Source: Eledone cirrhosa
Lineage: Eukaryota
Assembly: GCA_964016885.1 (NCBI GenBank)
Contig: OZ024745.1
Coordinates: 125,116,001 to 125,180,000 of the forward strand
Direction: 5' to 3'
DNA length: 64,000 nucleotides
Positions 39,119-53,845 of this stretch are shown here, one piece after another. Each line of letters opens with the position of its first letter. The stretch's first letter is position 1. The translations under genes and the position numbers were made by a program. The notes beneath the pieces are model-generated. The model was not told the origin of the DNA. It made no database searches and worked only from the letters and a program-made list of their open reading frames with translations.

Positions 39119-41677
39119 GTAGGTTGCGTAAAACCTTTTTGTTTATGATGAGACGTATGCATTCTGTGATTTTATATACTGATTAAAATTCAAATTTTTT
39201 TCATATTTTAATATGACTTTCTTTTGCAATAAAAAATATATCACCATTTTAAATGATTTGGACTTATAGTCTGAGGTTGCGCTAAGTGATTCTCATTAGT
39301 GTAACTTGTTTACGCTTTCTTCATGTGGCGACTATGCTAAAAGCTACTTTACAGACAGCAACTTCATAATCACTCGCGTAAATTCAACTTAAATTGCAAC
39401 CTTCTATTTTAAGAAACAAAGACCAAATTGGTTTATCTAGTCTTCAATGCATGGTGCGTGATAGTTTTACACACAAATTTTCTGAAATACGATGAGCTTG
39501 TCCTCAACAATAAATCTACTGAATGATGTAGAAGAGCTCATGTGTTACCTCTTAATTAAGTAAGAAATGGCAGCAACCATATTGTCTGGACCTCTATAAG
39601 GAAAGCGTGAACCTATTCTCAAACGGAACGTTTGACAGGCGGAGTCGGTTAAAAGCATACACGAACCATATATGTTGTGCTAAAGAAAAGAAGCTGAATT
39701 AATACATACGGTATGTCATCCAACACTCTAACAATTTCCAAAATCCCCAGTCAAGAATTATACTTTATTCTATTCACTCCGGAATGATCGAAATCAGCTT
39801 TTTACTCAGAGTGCAGTGATAAAACAAATATCTCAGGAAATTTAGCACCAATACCAACTATACATTTCGCAACCTATCTAGAAGTAAATATACTTTTAAT
39901 ATGTTGCTTCAGAGACTATATCCTCATATCACCGAATAGAGACATTTATATTACATGGGACTTCATCAAATTTGATTTGTTTATATTTTTTATTTCATTC
40001 TTAATCTATTTACCGAGTCACATATTCGAATGACATATTATTTTTATCACTATTTGTTCAGAGTCTATTACTGAAATAACTCTTCAAATATTGCCCTCTT
40101 TGAAATCATCTTTAAAATTTCATTCACGTTCGAAAAGCTTTTAATGTACATTTTGTAAATTTAATACCATATATAATATCAGCTCCGAATAACATAGTAT
40201 AATTTTATTTTGTTTTAGATATGTTATAAATTCACTTCAGCGATCTATAAAAGCATTTTCTAATCTAGAAGTATATATGCTATAAGTTATGTTTATAAAT
40301 GGCAAGAATATAGCGGAGAACATATCATTTTTAAACAAACCCAACCGAATGGCTTAAATATTTCCAATTAATCCACAGAATATCATGGGATCTGGCCAGC
40401 AGCAGAACTATTTATTGGTATTCAGAACATTATTTGCTTTGAATAGAAACAATTCACAGAAGCTTGTTCAAGTATGTTTGTCGGGGTATTTTATGATTCG
40501 AGTGCAAGCTATGCACTGGATACCAAACCAATGGCTGAAATGTATTGATTCCTTCGTAACTAAACTGAAGGTAGTGTTACTTTATCGTAGCCATGCCTTA
40601 ATAGCAGTATTTTATTCTGTTCATTTAAAAGAAATTTCTGAAAACTCGGAAATTGTTCCTTAAAAATATTAAATACTTCGGATAAGGAAGGTTATTGTCT
40701 GCGCGTCACAGAGTGCTTTGCATATTACATAACTGATAAACAGGATATATTAAAATGTCATGGTTCATATGTAAATGCTATGCCAGAACACGTGGTCTAC
40801 ATTGAAAGAAAAATAACTTGCCTCTCAGAAAGAATATTGCACCCTTAGATTGAAGAACCTTGCGTGAGTAACCGTTTGAAACAAATAACTTGTTCCTACA
40901 TCACTAGCCCGGCAAAGTATACTTTATGAGGTATTGTGGGAAGGACGGGAATAAATATAATGATTATTTCAAATATATGTGTTTAAAATCTAAACTATAA
41001 AAAGTAAGGAGTGCGGGACTGCGTCCAGAATATATATTTGTTTATCCCGTTTGTAAAATAAGTTGGATTACTTTGAATAAATAACGAATGAATATTGCAT
41101 AATTTAACTACTAAATTTCGTTATTCTTGATTAAATATAAATAATTTTGTTGCTTATCTTTTAAGATTCACTTCTTTAAAATTTTCAAATGTCAACACTT
41201 CTGTTTAGCGATCGCTTAAATAAATATTCATATATTTCTGTCACTAATTTTCTCCTAATGCAGATTATATATAATATCGTCTTTTTTTAATGTATCATGG
41301 ATAACGTTACTGATTACATAAGACAGTGTAACGCAGTTTCGTTGGATTCCTGTGTATATTGTCAATTACGATTTTATTTCATATATCATATCTACATACA
41401 TATAATATACATGCATATACTAATACATGCGTATAATATCAATATGCACACTACACATGCTAGCATAAAACCACCCTTCGAGTGGTTTTCTGCTAGCATT
41501 TATAATTGAGCTACGGTAAAACAATGAACTTTGTTATTATGCTTTCTAAAATTCAAACGTTATTGGCAACAGATTAAAAGAAGCGTGACCTGGTCTTGAA
41601 ACGTCATGGAAAATAATATCAGTATAGAAATAGCTATAATCTTTATAACTTGAAACATATGAACAAAATGTATTACA

Positions 41678-41806
41678 TTATGGTTTCTGAGTTCAAATCC
41701 CACACAGGTTAACTTTGTTTTTCATCCTTACAGAGTTGATAGAATAAAGTACCAGTAATGCACTGGGATAATTGCTGGTCTTGTGCCAAAAGTAGACCCA
41801 ATTATT
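41678..41806 (+). mobile_element. tRNA-derived SINE, 5'-truncated
   Basis: B-box GAGTTCAAATCC, core, and CTTGTGCCAAAAGTAGA tail. Confidence 0.8.
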
Positions 41807-43039
41807 GTTATATTTGGGCTGGGTCATGTTGTTATAATATTGCAAGAAATATATGATAAAACACATTCACATTTTATATTTCCATAATTAATTCAGTTCA
41901 TAATCAATGTTTTTCATTGATTGACCAACAGTTGAAAATATTGATATAAATATAGTCTCTAAGTATTGCATTAGCTTGGACGGTATATTTCCTATATCTT
42001 ATTTTCAACTATTTCCCCCATAATCTTAGAAATATCAGTGAGGAGGGAAGGAGGGTTTCTAACAGGATGTAAAACCTATTGAGAAACCAAGAGAAAGAAA
42101 ATTAAATGTATAACATGAAGTCGTAACATTGTTGATCTTTTTTCAATGATATCTTTCTAATGCAACGTAAAAGCGAACAGTAAAAACAACGCATCACGTT
42201 GGTATTCTGTAGGTAAGATGCGCTCTTTTTCTTTTCAGTATCTCCGTGATTATATACATGTGTCCTTTCAGAAGTTAAGTTAAGTAAATGATTCTTTTAT
42301 CTCTTTCATCTTCGGCCCACCATTCAAAATACCCCTTGTAATTACAGAATCATTTATTTTTTCATAACCCACATTATTAAAACTGTAAATCTATTCCTAT
42401 TAAAATACACACACCTACGTGAGTCTCATTAAATAGCTAAGTGATATTAAAAGTGATATGAAAAGCAACGATTGAAATAAAGACTGTATTAAAACACGTT
42501 TTAATACTAATGCAAATCTAATGCAAATTGTGAATGCGTTCGTAAATTCTGATTGAAATATTTTCATACGTGTATATTTGCTAGCACACCTTTCACACGA
42601 ATAGAACGAGATAAATCGACTTTAAAATGTCATTAGAGTAATATCCTGCTTACCTAAACGACATCACAGTAAGGATCTACCTCACTTCAAGCATCATTAT
42701 AAAAGTATTTCTAATATTATTAATAAGATTTTACACAGTATAACTAAATCACATGAACATTTCGTTGGGTGATCTAAAGGTTTTGTATGAGTGAGATTTT
42801 AAGTTACGTTTATTGCTACAAAAAGGCCAATTTTAAAGAATGTTATATTTGTTATATCTTATCGTGTATAAATAGTTGTAAACACTGGTACGACTAAAGA
42901 CACTATATTTGCATGGCCGTTGAACAAATACAAGACAATGTTTTACAACCATACATCCATTTTCAAACTGGTAAAACATCCGAATGAAATGACGTTTACT
43001 AGGTACATCGTTGAAAACAAGAAAAACAAGCTCACTTCA

Positions 43040-43905
43040 AATAATTGCTTCTACTTTTGGCACAAGGCCAGCAATTTCCCCAGTGCATTACTGGTGCTTT
43101 ATTTTATCGACCCCGTAAGGATAAAAGGCAAACCTAACCTCGGCGGGATTTGAACTCAGTACGTAAATGGTAATAACTCTACCGATACTGCCATCAATTG
43201 TTATCCATTGTGAGATAGTTATATTTTCATGGGATTATAATAATGGTTTATCATTTAAGCATAAGTACATCACTGTTTGATGAAGCCGAAAGTCGATTAT
43301 ACCGACCGCAGTATTTTACTGGTACTATATCACAAATCCAGAAATTTCAGGAGAGGCGAAAGTGAATTATATTGACCCCAGTACTCTACTGTTACATCAT
43401 ATTACTGTTACCTTGGAAGGATTAAGGCACAACTGACTACACCTGGATTTGAATCCAGGTGTAGAAAACAGAAACGAAATATTGTATTGCATTTTATCTA
43501 GCGCAATAACGATCATGCCAATCTAACAGTCTCATGGGCATATAATAATTGTTTCTACTTTGGCATGAGGCCAGTAATTATCCCAGTGCATTACTGGTAC
43601 TTTATTTTATCGATGGTTTCTTATTTAGACACGAGGCTAACCATTTGGGGGAAGGGGATAGTCGATTAATTCGATCCCAGTGCGTTACTGGTACTTTATT
43701 TTATCGATCCCACAAGGATGAAAGGCAACGTTAACATCGATAAAATTGACCCCAATTCATTGCTGGTCCTTTAATTTATCGACCCCGTAAGGATAAAAGG
43801 CAAAGCTACACTCGGTGAGATTAGAACTCAGAACGTAAAGGGCCGTAACGCTATGCTGCAACGCGTGGTCTCAGACACTCTACCAATAATGCCAACCCAC
43901 CACCT
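43040..43905 (-). mobile_element. Cluster of about 5 tandem or partial tRNA-SINE copies
   Basis: Reverse-complement core or tail matches at about 43040-43193, 43237-43523 (diverged), 43543-43612, 43613-43736 and 43737-43905. Confidence 0.8.
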
Positions 43906-44066
43906 ACGGGTTTATAATAATGGCAATAATAAAAGTGATCGATGTAATCTCGATAGATGATTCGTCCTAAACCATTATTCGGAAAATGCCCCCCAGGGAT
44001 AATTTCATTTTACGGAACCACTTTATAATTGACATGTTTCTTTGTCGAGAATTGTTGTGGTATAAA

Positions 44067-44256
44067 GGCGGTGGATTGGCAGAAACGGTAGAACATCAGA
44101 CATGCTTCGCAGCATAGAGTTATGGTCCTTTAAGTTCTGAGTTCAAATCACGCCGAGGTTAACTTTACCTTTCATCCGTACAGGGTCGACAAAAATAAAG
44201 TACCAGTAATGCACTGGGTAATTGCTGGGCTTGTGCCAAAAGTAGAAACAATTATT
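44067..44256 (+). mobile_element. tRNA-derived SINE, full-length short subfamily
   Basis: GGCGGTGGATTGGCAGAAACGG...GAGTTCAAATC...AGTAGAAACAATTATT. Confidence 0.85.
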
Positions 44257-44687
44257 GTGGTAATGTTTGCACAAAGTGTAAATGCATACGAACAATCGGG
44301 TGTGCACAGTTTTCCTTTTACATTATATCTATCTGCGTTTACATTATTAATATCGTATTATCTTGCTATTAAGCTGTAGTTACACACATTAGTTACTTTC
44401 GAACTGCAATTCCTAAAATATAACATTAAATGTTGCATTACCTTAACATTCAGAATTCAAATTGTATAAACTTTCATAAGGGTCATAGTGCTACCAATTA
44501 ATTTACAGATTATCAACATTTCCATTATATGTTGAACTAATTGAATTTAGGTAAAATACTTTAAATGTTCAAAACGAAAGGAAACAGAGTTTTCTCTACT
44601 CTCAATGAAACACTAGTTGCTAAATGGTACACTCACACACATCAATACACATACACACACACATTCACATACATTTATATATGCATA

Positions 44688-44767
<80 letters not shown>

Positions 44768-44771
<4 letters not shown>

Positions 44772-44930
44772 GTGTTCAATCGGGGGTAACCACTGTAAGT
44801 AAGGTATTCAATACAAAGTAGAGTATAAATATTTAATATAGAAAAGGGTTCTACCGCACTAGAACTGTTTTATCCGGGAGAAATCATCAGGAAGCCGACT
44901 GTCCAAGTAATATTTGTTATTTCTGTTTAC
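44768..44930 (-). mobile_element. Penelope-like pLTR fragment, family C copy 1, with a degenerate hammerhead (44896-44847)
   Basis: The minus strand reads GGCUUC-CUGAUGA..(A)AAA-CAG..CGGUA-GAACC. Homologous to 47296-47414 and adjacent to (TA)n. Confidence 0.65.
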
Positions 44931-44974
44931 TTTTTACATATATGTATTAAGCAGCAATTCAACATATACGCTGG

Positions 44975-45290
44975 CAGACAAAAACACTCCGCCCAATGGG
45001 GGAAACGGCTAACTTTGTCTGGTACGGTTACCTATTCCGCCACAACCGCTTGCCTAAAACCATCTTTCAGGGCACCTTCTAGAGGGGACATAGTTTGAAG
45101 CGACACACAAAAAAATAAAACCCTGGTCCGATAACATAAAAGAATTGGACAGATGACAACACCTCCTCTCTTTTCCCCATGACGGAGAATAGACATCTCT
45201 GTCGACGGCTAACTCTGAAATCTCCTCAAATGCCATTCCAACAAATGGCTGCGCTTGTTGCGCCAACGAGATTGCCTATAAATGAACATG
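44975..45290 (+). mobile_element. RTE-clade LINE 3' fragment
   Basis: The pieces WYGYLFRHNRLPKTIFQGT..KPWSDNIKE..MTENRHLCRRL match the RTE C-terminal pattern WYGHV.R...LAKTILQGTV.G.R.RGRQ.K.W.DNIKEW. Confidence 0.72.
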
Positions 45291-46084
45291 GAACAAAATC
45301 AATTGTAGTAAAAGAAATATATTCTTCGTTTTCAGTCAATTTCAAATACATTTCTATAAATCTTCATTTGTATAAAACTTCAAAATTATGTAACTAAATC
45401 AACATAAATAGGTATAAGTAATAGAAGTTGTCGAGACGTTGTACATGTCATCCATTGAAACGTAATAGAACATAACCATCAGATATTTAAGTTACAATGT
45501 GACACAATACCTGTAGACTGGCTTTCTGAGCGAAATATCACGATTTAGGGAAAATCAAAGGATCTTTTATGAGACTGATTTCAATTCGTTCCATACTAAA
45601 CAGAACTAGATTAGCATAACAAAACCTACTCTACATCGTTTGTAACAATATGTTGAAATCCGAAAGAGACTAATGATAAGACAATGAAAAATTTACTGCA
45701 GTTAGCAAAATCTTCTGCGTTCTGGTAATTTAATATAATATATCTTGATCTAAATATGGGTCCCCTGAAATTATAAATGTCAAGACAATTTTGCTATTTT
45801 ACTCTATTGTTTTAGCATACACTGGCAATATACTGACTGAGTATTAGAACAATGAATGTGAAAATGTTGATAGGAAAAATGCTACTAAATGCAAAAGCAA
45901 GAAACAGAAGAAAACACATGCACACACACACATGCACACAAACATACACCATTACACACTTCCATATATATAATATACATATTTCGCATTTCCCTCTTTA
46001 TTGTTAAACTCCGTCATCCTTGTTTTTAGGAGGTAATATGACGTTAAATGCTAGAAGTGAATTGCATCCTTATATACCGAATGT

Positions 46085-47292
<1,208 letters not shown>

Positions 47293-47295
47293 TGT

Positions 47296-47474
47296 TATAC
47301 CGGGTTCAATCGGCGGTAACCACAATTTGTAAGGTATTCAATGCATCGCAGAATATAAATAATTAATATAGAAAAGGCTTCTACAGGATTAGAACTATTT
47401 CATTCGGAGGAAATTCGGATTTCCTCCGAATGAAACACTTCTAGTCCTGTAGAACCCATTTTTATATTAATTAT
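47296..47474. mobile_element. Penelope-like pLTR fragment, family C copy 2, folded back (arms 47359-47414 / 47419-47474)
   Basis: Imperfect palindrome around the loop TCGG. It contains the hammerhead 3' half GAAACAC..CUGUA-GAAC. Confidence 0.75.
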
Positions 47475-47547
47475 ATATATATATATATAACAAAGGAATT
47501 GTGGTAAGGAACCAGATGGACTGAGCTCTGTCGTCGGGGTCATACTT

Positions 47548-47645
<98 letters not shown>

Positions 47646-48599
47646 TGTTTGTTAGATATAGTCGAGTCGGTGTGTGGGTAAACGTTTGTTTGTATATATT
47701 CATACTGATATCTCTTCTCGAAATTTACTTAGTATATGCAATATATTTCGTGTGATTTAATGCTCATTTTCCTTTGAGAATTAGAAAGACTCTAGGAATC
47801 GTTAACTACGTGTGGCATACGTATCAATAATAAAAGTTTAATGAAATGAAAATTAGAAGTAAATACACTAAAAATCGACGTTACGCTAAGTAAATAATAA
47901 ACACAACCACAAGGATATGGTCCGAACGTGGAAGAGACGAACTCCCACTGTCATCGCCTCCATCTCTCTCGCCCTCCCCATCTCTCTGTATGGTGAGTAA
48001 ATGAGGTCCCATGTGCTGGCCTCCCCACGGCCCCGGCGGACAGAATGGAGAAGGCGTTTCCTCGCAGGATGGTAAGGGAGATGCGCACTTTTGTGTTTCT
48101 CTTTGATTTGTATCCTGCTGCTCTACTTGTCTCTTTATTTATTCAAGCTCTAGATAAGATATCCACCTATTTTAATTCATAGCTAAAGCTTATTCCATCG
48201 ATTTTTTTTTCAGAAAGCTCAGACATACCATTATCCAGCCAGATGTCTAGCATTCATCTCCTATATCATCCTGAAACTGTTTATTTCAAGAAAAAGCATT
48301 TCATCACAAACTTATTTTCTTTTGATCATTTCTTTTTCTCCTCCTCCTCGTCCTCCTCCTCCTCCTATTCATTGTCTAACCCCTGGCAGTAGCTTGATGA
48401 CGACTTGGTCTGTGCTGCTTTCACACAGAATCGCTGCTGGGCGAGAGACCTTCATTCAGCGATACAATCTATCTACGCCGATATCATACATACTTAATTT
48501 TGACATTTCACTCAATAGTTGATATGATGCTTTAAAAGGTTAGCCAACCAGTAGTTTCTTTTTTTTTTCGTGACACCATCTCTAGGTGGGTTGTCTGCC

Positions 48600-48600
<1 letters not shown>

Positions 48601-48634
<34 letters not shown>

Positions 48635-48651
48635 ACCCCAGCAGCAGCAGC

Positions 48652-48682
<31 letters not shown>

Positions 48683-48956
48683 ACCCCAGCAGCAGCAGTA
48701 GTAGTAGTAGTAGTAGCAGCAGTAGTAGTAGTAGCAGTAGTAGTAGTAGCAGCAGTAGCAGCAGCAGTAGTAGTAGTAGTAGCAGTAGCAGCAGCAGGAG
48801 TAGTAGTAGGAGTAGTAGTAGGAGCAGCAGCAGCAGTAGTAGTAGTAGTAAAAGTAGTAGTAGTAGTAGTAGTTGTAGTAGTAATAGTAGTAGTAGGAGT
48901 AACAGCAGCAACAGTAGTAGTAGTATTAGTAGTAGTAGTAGTAGTAGTAGTAATAA

Positions 48957-49006
<50 letters not shown>

Positions 49007-49031
49007 ACAGCAGCAATAGTAGTAGTAGTTT

Positions 49032-49063
<32 letters not shown>

Positions 49064-49067
49064 ACAC

Positions 49068-49103
<36 letters not shown>

Positions 49104-49215
49104 TAGCAGCAGCAGCAGCAGTAGTACTAGTAGGAGTAGCAGCAGCAGGAGTAGTAGTAGTAGTAGTGGCATCAGCAGCAGTAGTAGTAGTAGTAGCAGT
49201 AGCATCATCAGCAGC

Positions 49216-49256
<41 letters not shown>

Positions 49257-49272
49257 CAGTAGCATCAGCAGC

Positions 49273-49354
<82 letters not shown>

Positions 49355-49428
49355 ACACCAGCAGCAGCAGCAGTAGTGGTAGTAGCAGCAGTAGCAGCAG
49401 CAGCAGTTTTACTAGTAGCAGTAGCAGC

Positions 49429-49460
<32 letters not shown>
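48601..49460. repeat. 860-bp (AGT)n/(AGC)n compound trinucleotide repeat
   Basis: Read directly. Confidence 0.95.
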
Positions 49461-49806
49461 ATATACTTTTTGTTGCACTATTGTCAATCACTACAACCGC
49501 AAGGAGGATGATATGTGTGATTGTGAATAAATATGAAATGATATATAAAAAAGGACTGTGACAAATGGAGGTAACATTAAAAAAATCCGTATACTTTTCC
49601 TCTTCGGAAGATTTCTGTAGACTTGTTCTATTAAAAATTTCGGATTCGTAAGTTTCTGATACAAAATATAAAAAATATAAATCTATATTATTTATCTTTT
49701 ATTTTTTTCATTCCATTTTATTTCGATTTTGCTTAATCTTCCTTTGTTTTAAGAATTTATTTTATATTTTCTTGGTTTATTCACAGATTTATTATTATTA
49801 TTATTG

Positions 49807-52800
49807 TTCTTTGAGTCTCAGTCATTGATGTTAGTTAACTGGAAAGTTTGTTGAAATGAATATCAAGCCACTACCTGCAGCCTCAGATATTCAGGACGTA
49901 TCGGAGAGTTCTTGATGTTCCCAACAAGCATGCCTTTTGAAGTGTTCCAAAAAGCGGGAAGGGGCCAATTTTCTTTAACCATCCTTGGAAACTCTTTGAG
50001 ATAGTACCTAGTGCGCCTATGACAATCGGGACCACTTTGACTTCATGGCAGTTCCAAATCCTTTTTCCCTCCCACTTTAAATCCTGGTATCGGTTAATTT
50101 TCTCCCTCTCCTTCTCTTCTCTTGCACTCTCGTGTCGAATGGGCAGGCCACATCCACAATCAGGCACGATCTTTTTTCCTTGTCCAAAACCACCAGGTCA
50201 GGTCTATTGTCTCCCAGTTTCTTGTCCGTCTGTATCCTAAAATCCTATAGCACCTTCACCTGATCGTTTTCTATCACCGACTCTGGCTTATGCTCATACC
50301 ATTTCTCAGAATATGGTAAATTGTTACTTTGTATAGGTACCAGTGGATCACCCTGCCCATCACATCATGTCTCCAGCCTTTATAGGGAGTCTGGGCTAGG
50401 TGTTTACACTCGGATACAATGTGAGCTACAGTCACCTCTCTCTCTCCACAGATACTGCACAGTGGGCTAGCCTCCTCCTTGTAACTATGGTGTTTCAGCC
50501 ACTTCGTTTTGAGGGCCTGCTTTTGCGCAGCCATTAGCATTCCTTCTGTAGCCTTTTTTAAGGTCTCCTCTTCTCAACCAGTTCCATGTCTGTGGATCTC
50601 TGAATTCCGTTTCTCCAAAGAAGGTACCATGAAGGGATTTTTCATGAAGGCTGCTCTTTCGCCTAGTTGTTATTTCCTCCTTGGACATACCCTGGTCTAT
50701 TGTCCTCTCCTTCAGTACAATTCTGAGCATTGGCTCCTTACTATCGGTCACGTATTTGTGTAGGTTGTTTTTCTCCATCTGAACACAGTCCTCTATGCTG
50801 ATAAGACCTCTTCCACCTTCAGATCTCCTTAAGTAGAGTCTATCGACATCACTCCTCTTGTGGAACATGTTGTAGATAGTCAATAGCTTCCTAGTCTTCC
50901 TATCCATTTCTTTTTGTTCAGCAACATTCCATCTCAGAATTCCCGCACTGTACCTAATAATAGACACAGCTCGGGAAATTACTGCACTTATGGTATTCCT
51001 ACTGCTCAGATGTGACTTTAATACGCTCCTTACTCTCCGAATGTATTCAGATCTTATCAATTCCTTCATTTTTTTGTTCTTCATGTCATCAGCCTCCAGA
51101 ATACCCAAATACTTGTATCCTTCTTCAGTGTCAATTTCCTTTATCATCTCACCTGTTGGTACCTGGATTCCGTTGCTTCTACTCAATTTACCCCTCTTCA
51201 TCACTAGGACTCCGCACTTACTAATACCAAATTGCATATATATATCATTGCTGAAAATACGGACAGTGTCAACAAGCACATCCAACTCCTTCTCACTCTT
51301 CCCGAAGAGCTTAAGATCGTCCATGAAGAGGAGGTGATTGGTGGTAAGCTATCCCATTCCCAACTTGTATCCTGCTCTCACTTTTCGCAGTATAATGGTC
51401 AGGGCATCAGGGCAAGGACAAACAACAGAGGGGACAGACTATCTCCCTGGAAGATACCTCTCTTGATCTTCATGCCTCCCAAGAATTCTCCAGCTGATGT
51501 TAACTCTGTTTTCCAGGACTTCATACTTTTGCTCAATAACTGTCTGATGTTATCTGCCACCTTGAAGATATCTAGGTTTTGGTGATCCAAGAATGAGGCA
51601 CCATGTCGAATGCCTTTTTGTAATCTATCCATCCCATGGCAAGACCAGTCTGTCTCCTCTTGCAATTCCTCATTCCTCATTACCATCTTATCAATAAGTA
51701 ACTGGTCTTTTGTACCACTGGACTTCTTTCGGTATCCTTTCTGTTCGTCTGGTAAGAAGTTGTTTGTGTGGAGGTGATGGTAGATTTCCTCAGACACAAT
51801 GCTTGTTAACAGTTTCCACATTACGGACAGACACGTGATAGGTCTATAGTTGGTAACATGATTACCCTCATTGGGTCTTTCATTACCAGAACTGTGGTAC
51901 CCTTTGTCAACCACTCTGGCACCTCACCCGACATCAAGCAGTCATTGAACATGGTTGTCAGTTTCGGGTGGAGGGATGTTATAGTTTTGATCCAATACCC
52001 TGCACACCATCTGGGCCTGGTGATTTCCAGTTGGTTAGTTTTTTGACCTGCCTCTTGAGAGTTTCAACTGTGATACTCAAATCAGTTTGTTGGTGTTCCT
52101 GTTCACTAATCTCCTTTTGTACTGTCTCAATCCACACTGCCTGGTCATTATGTTTAACATCCTGCTCCCATATCCCTCTCCAGAATGTCTTAGTTTGTTC
52201 GGCCTCAGGGATCAAGTCGTTGCCTCTTTCTTTCCCTTCAAGCTGTCCAAACAACATCTTCTGGTTGTTGTCAAACATGCGGTTCTGTCTATACTGACTG
52301 ACTCTGCTCTCGTATCGCCTAATTTTTGCACTCTTTGCTACAATACGTTGCTTCAGTTCCTCTATGATAATATTTAGCTTTTTCCTCCTACTTTTGTACT
52401 TTATTTCCAGTCTATTTTTAGTGTCTATATTTTTTAGTGTCCCATTCAGTAGGGTCTCAAGCTTTCCAATGTCATTTCTCATTTCCCTGATTTGACCATT
52501 CAGTCGTTTCTTCCACCAATGTTCTTATCTTCCTTATTTGTTGTTTCCTCTCTCTTTTATGCCAAGTAATTTTCTCACCGCATTTACTGTTGCTTTGAGG
52601 ATATTATTGCACTTGTGAAGGCTCCTCGCCTCAAGGTATGGGATGACTTTGTTTACCTTAGCTGTTGTTTCTTTTAACTTTTTCCTGTCTACAAATCTTA
52701 GGTTCATAGGTTTCCCACTATCATTGTTCATTTCATCTACCACTAAGTTTAGGATATCAACCAAATCTTGTCCTAGCCCGTCAGCATTCATTTCCTCAAT

Positions 52801-52841
52801 GGCCGTATCTTTGTTCCAGGTATTATTTATTTCAGCATTCA
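49807..52841 (-). mobile_element. R4/Dong-type RLE non-LTR retrotransposon, about 3 kb, 5'-truncated and frameshifted
   Basis: NWKSPGPDGVQG, NYRPITCL, EQKG, GIFQGDSLSPLLF, FMDDLKLF, YKYLG, RLYLRRSEGGRGL, zinc finger CSICGEREVTVAHIVSEC, RHD, and nuclease ..VVPIVIGALG. The 3' end lies in (TTA)n at 49789-49806. Confidence 0.95.
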
Positions 52842-53232
52842 GATCAACTTTTTCAAATTTCATTTGAAAAGGAAAATCAGGGTAGAGAGGGAAGTGCCTT
52901 CTTCCCAGCATTTTGTTGAAAGATGGGTGAGAGAGGCAAGAATGGCCCGAGTGAATGGCCTATTCTGAGTATGTGTCTGTAAATTAAAGGTGGAAACCTG
53001 GGAGAGGGCACTTGCCCTGGTGGTCAGGGTCACTGTGGCTTTTTAATGGGCTTTCTCCACGAATGTCCCTCGGAAGTCTCCCCCGTATTGGGGAATTTTT
53101 CATTTTTATTTTTTTGTTACATCCTCTGTTTTTGTTTTTTACACGCAGAAATGCCCATTTGTACCCTCCTGTATTGTCCTATACTGTCCTTAATGTATAC
53201 TTTATGTAAACCCTTGTGGTTAATAAAGAAAG
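52842..53232 (+). mobile_element. L1/Tx1-clade 3' fragment
   Basis: Near-identical to 10408-10798 and followed by degenerate (TTA)n. Confidence 0.92.
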
Positions 53233-53714
53233 CATTATTGTTATTTTTATTATTATTATTAGTATTATTTTGCCTGTTTTATAAAGGAGAATAACAAAAT
53301 GAAAATACTAAAGAATTCTGGTCTAAACATTATTTTTCCTGATCCTCTCTTCCTTTCTCTCTCTCTCCCTAAACACACACACATATATATGTGTGTGAGT
53401 GTATGTGTGTGTGTATGGGTGTATGAGTGTGTGTGTGTGTGTATTGTTTATTCTCCATGGAACAACATTCATAAAATTAGGAATCTTGTATTCACCGAAT
53501 ATTTAGGGAAGATAAATATTTTTAGAGTATATAAAAAATAGTTATCCTCTGAGCAATAATGATTGTAGAACATTTACAAAGTAATAAATTCCATTCAGAA
53601 ACATATTTAGTATTCATATTTCTTCTGCTCTGTTAATGCAATGGATGTTTTCCTACTTTGTAGTTTCGTGTAGATTTTTCATCGAGATTTGAATACAAAT
53701 CTTTTTCTCCTTGA

Positions 53715-53825
53715 GTCATCCTTCCAACGAAGGTGAAGCATGCCAAATTTCATGTTTCAGACATCCCGATTTCTCATCGCAGCAAGAATATCCCGTCCAC
53801 TGAGGCCAGTGTCCCTCACCAACAG
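53715..53825 (-). mobile_element. Short RTE-like 3' remnant
   Basis: VRDTGLSGRDILAAMRNRDV* resembles the RTE terminal motif DTG....L..AM.DRD.W. Confidence 0.45.
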
Positions 53826-53845
53826 TTAGTTGGAGTATTGAATGT

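Noticed and set aside
38616-40663. Short ORFs of 103 aa and 92 aa in slightly GC-richer patches
   Set aside because: No recognisable domain. Possibly ancient TE debris, but not assignable by eye.
48003-48070. HDV-like ribozyme suggested by TCCTCGC and GGCCTCCCCACGGCC
   Set aside because: P1, P2 and P3 pairings for the nested double pseudoknot could not be built.
48532-49561. 300+ aa Thr/Ala mucin-like, poly-Leu, poly-Ser and poly-Val ORFs
   Set aside because: Several frames are open simply because of the (AGT/AGC)n repeat. There is no signal peptide, domain or splice context.
52534-52911. 125-aa ORF as a novel gene
   Set aside because: It is the R4/Dong ORF read through the chimeric junction into antisense Tx1 sequence.
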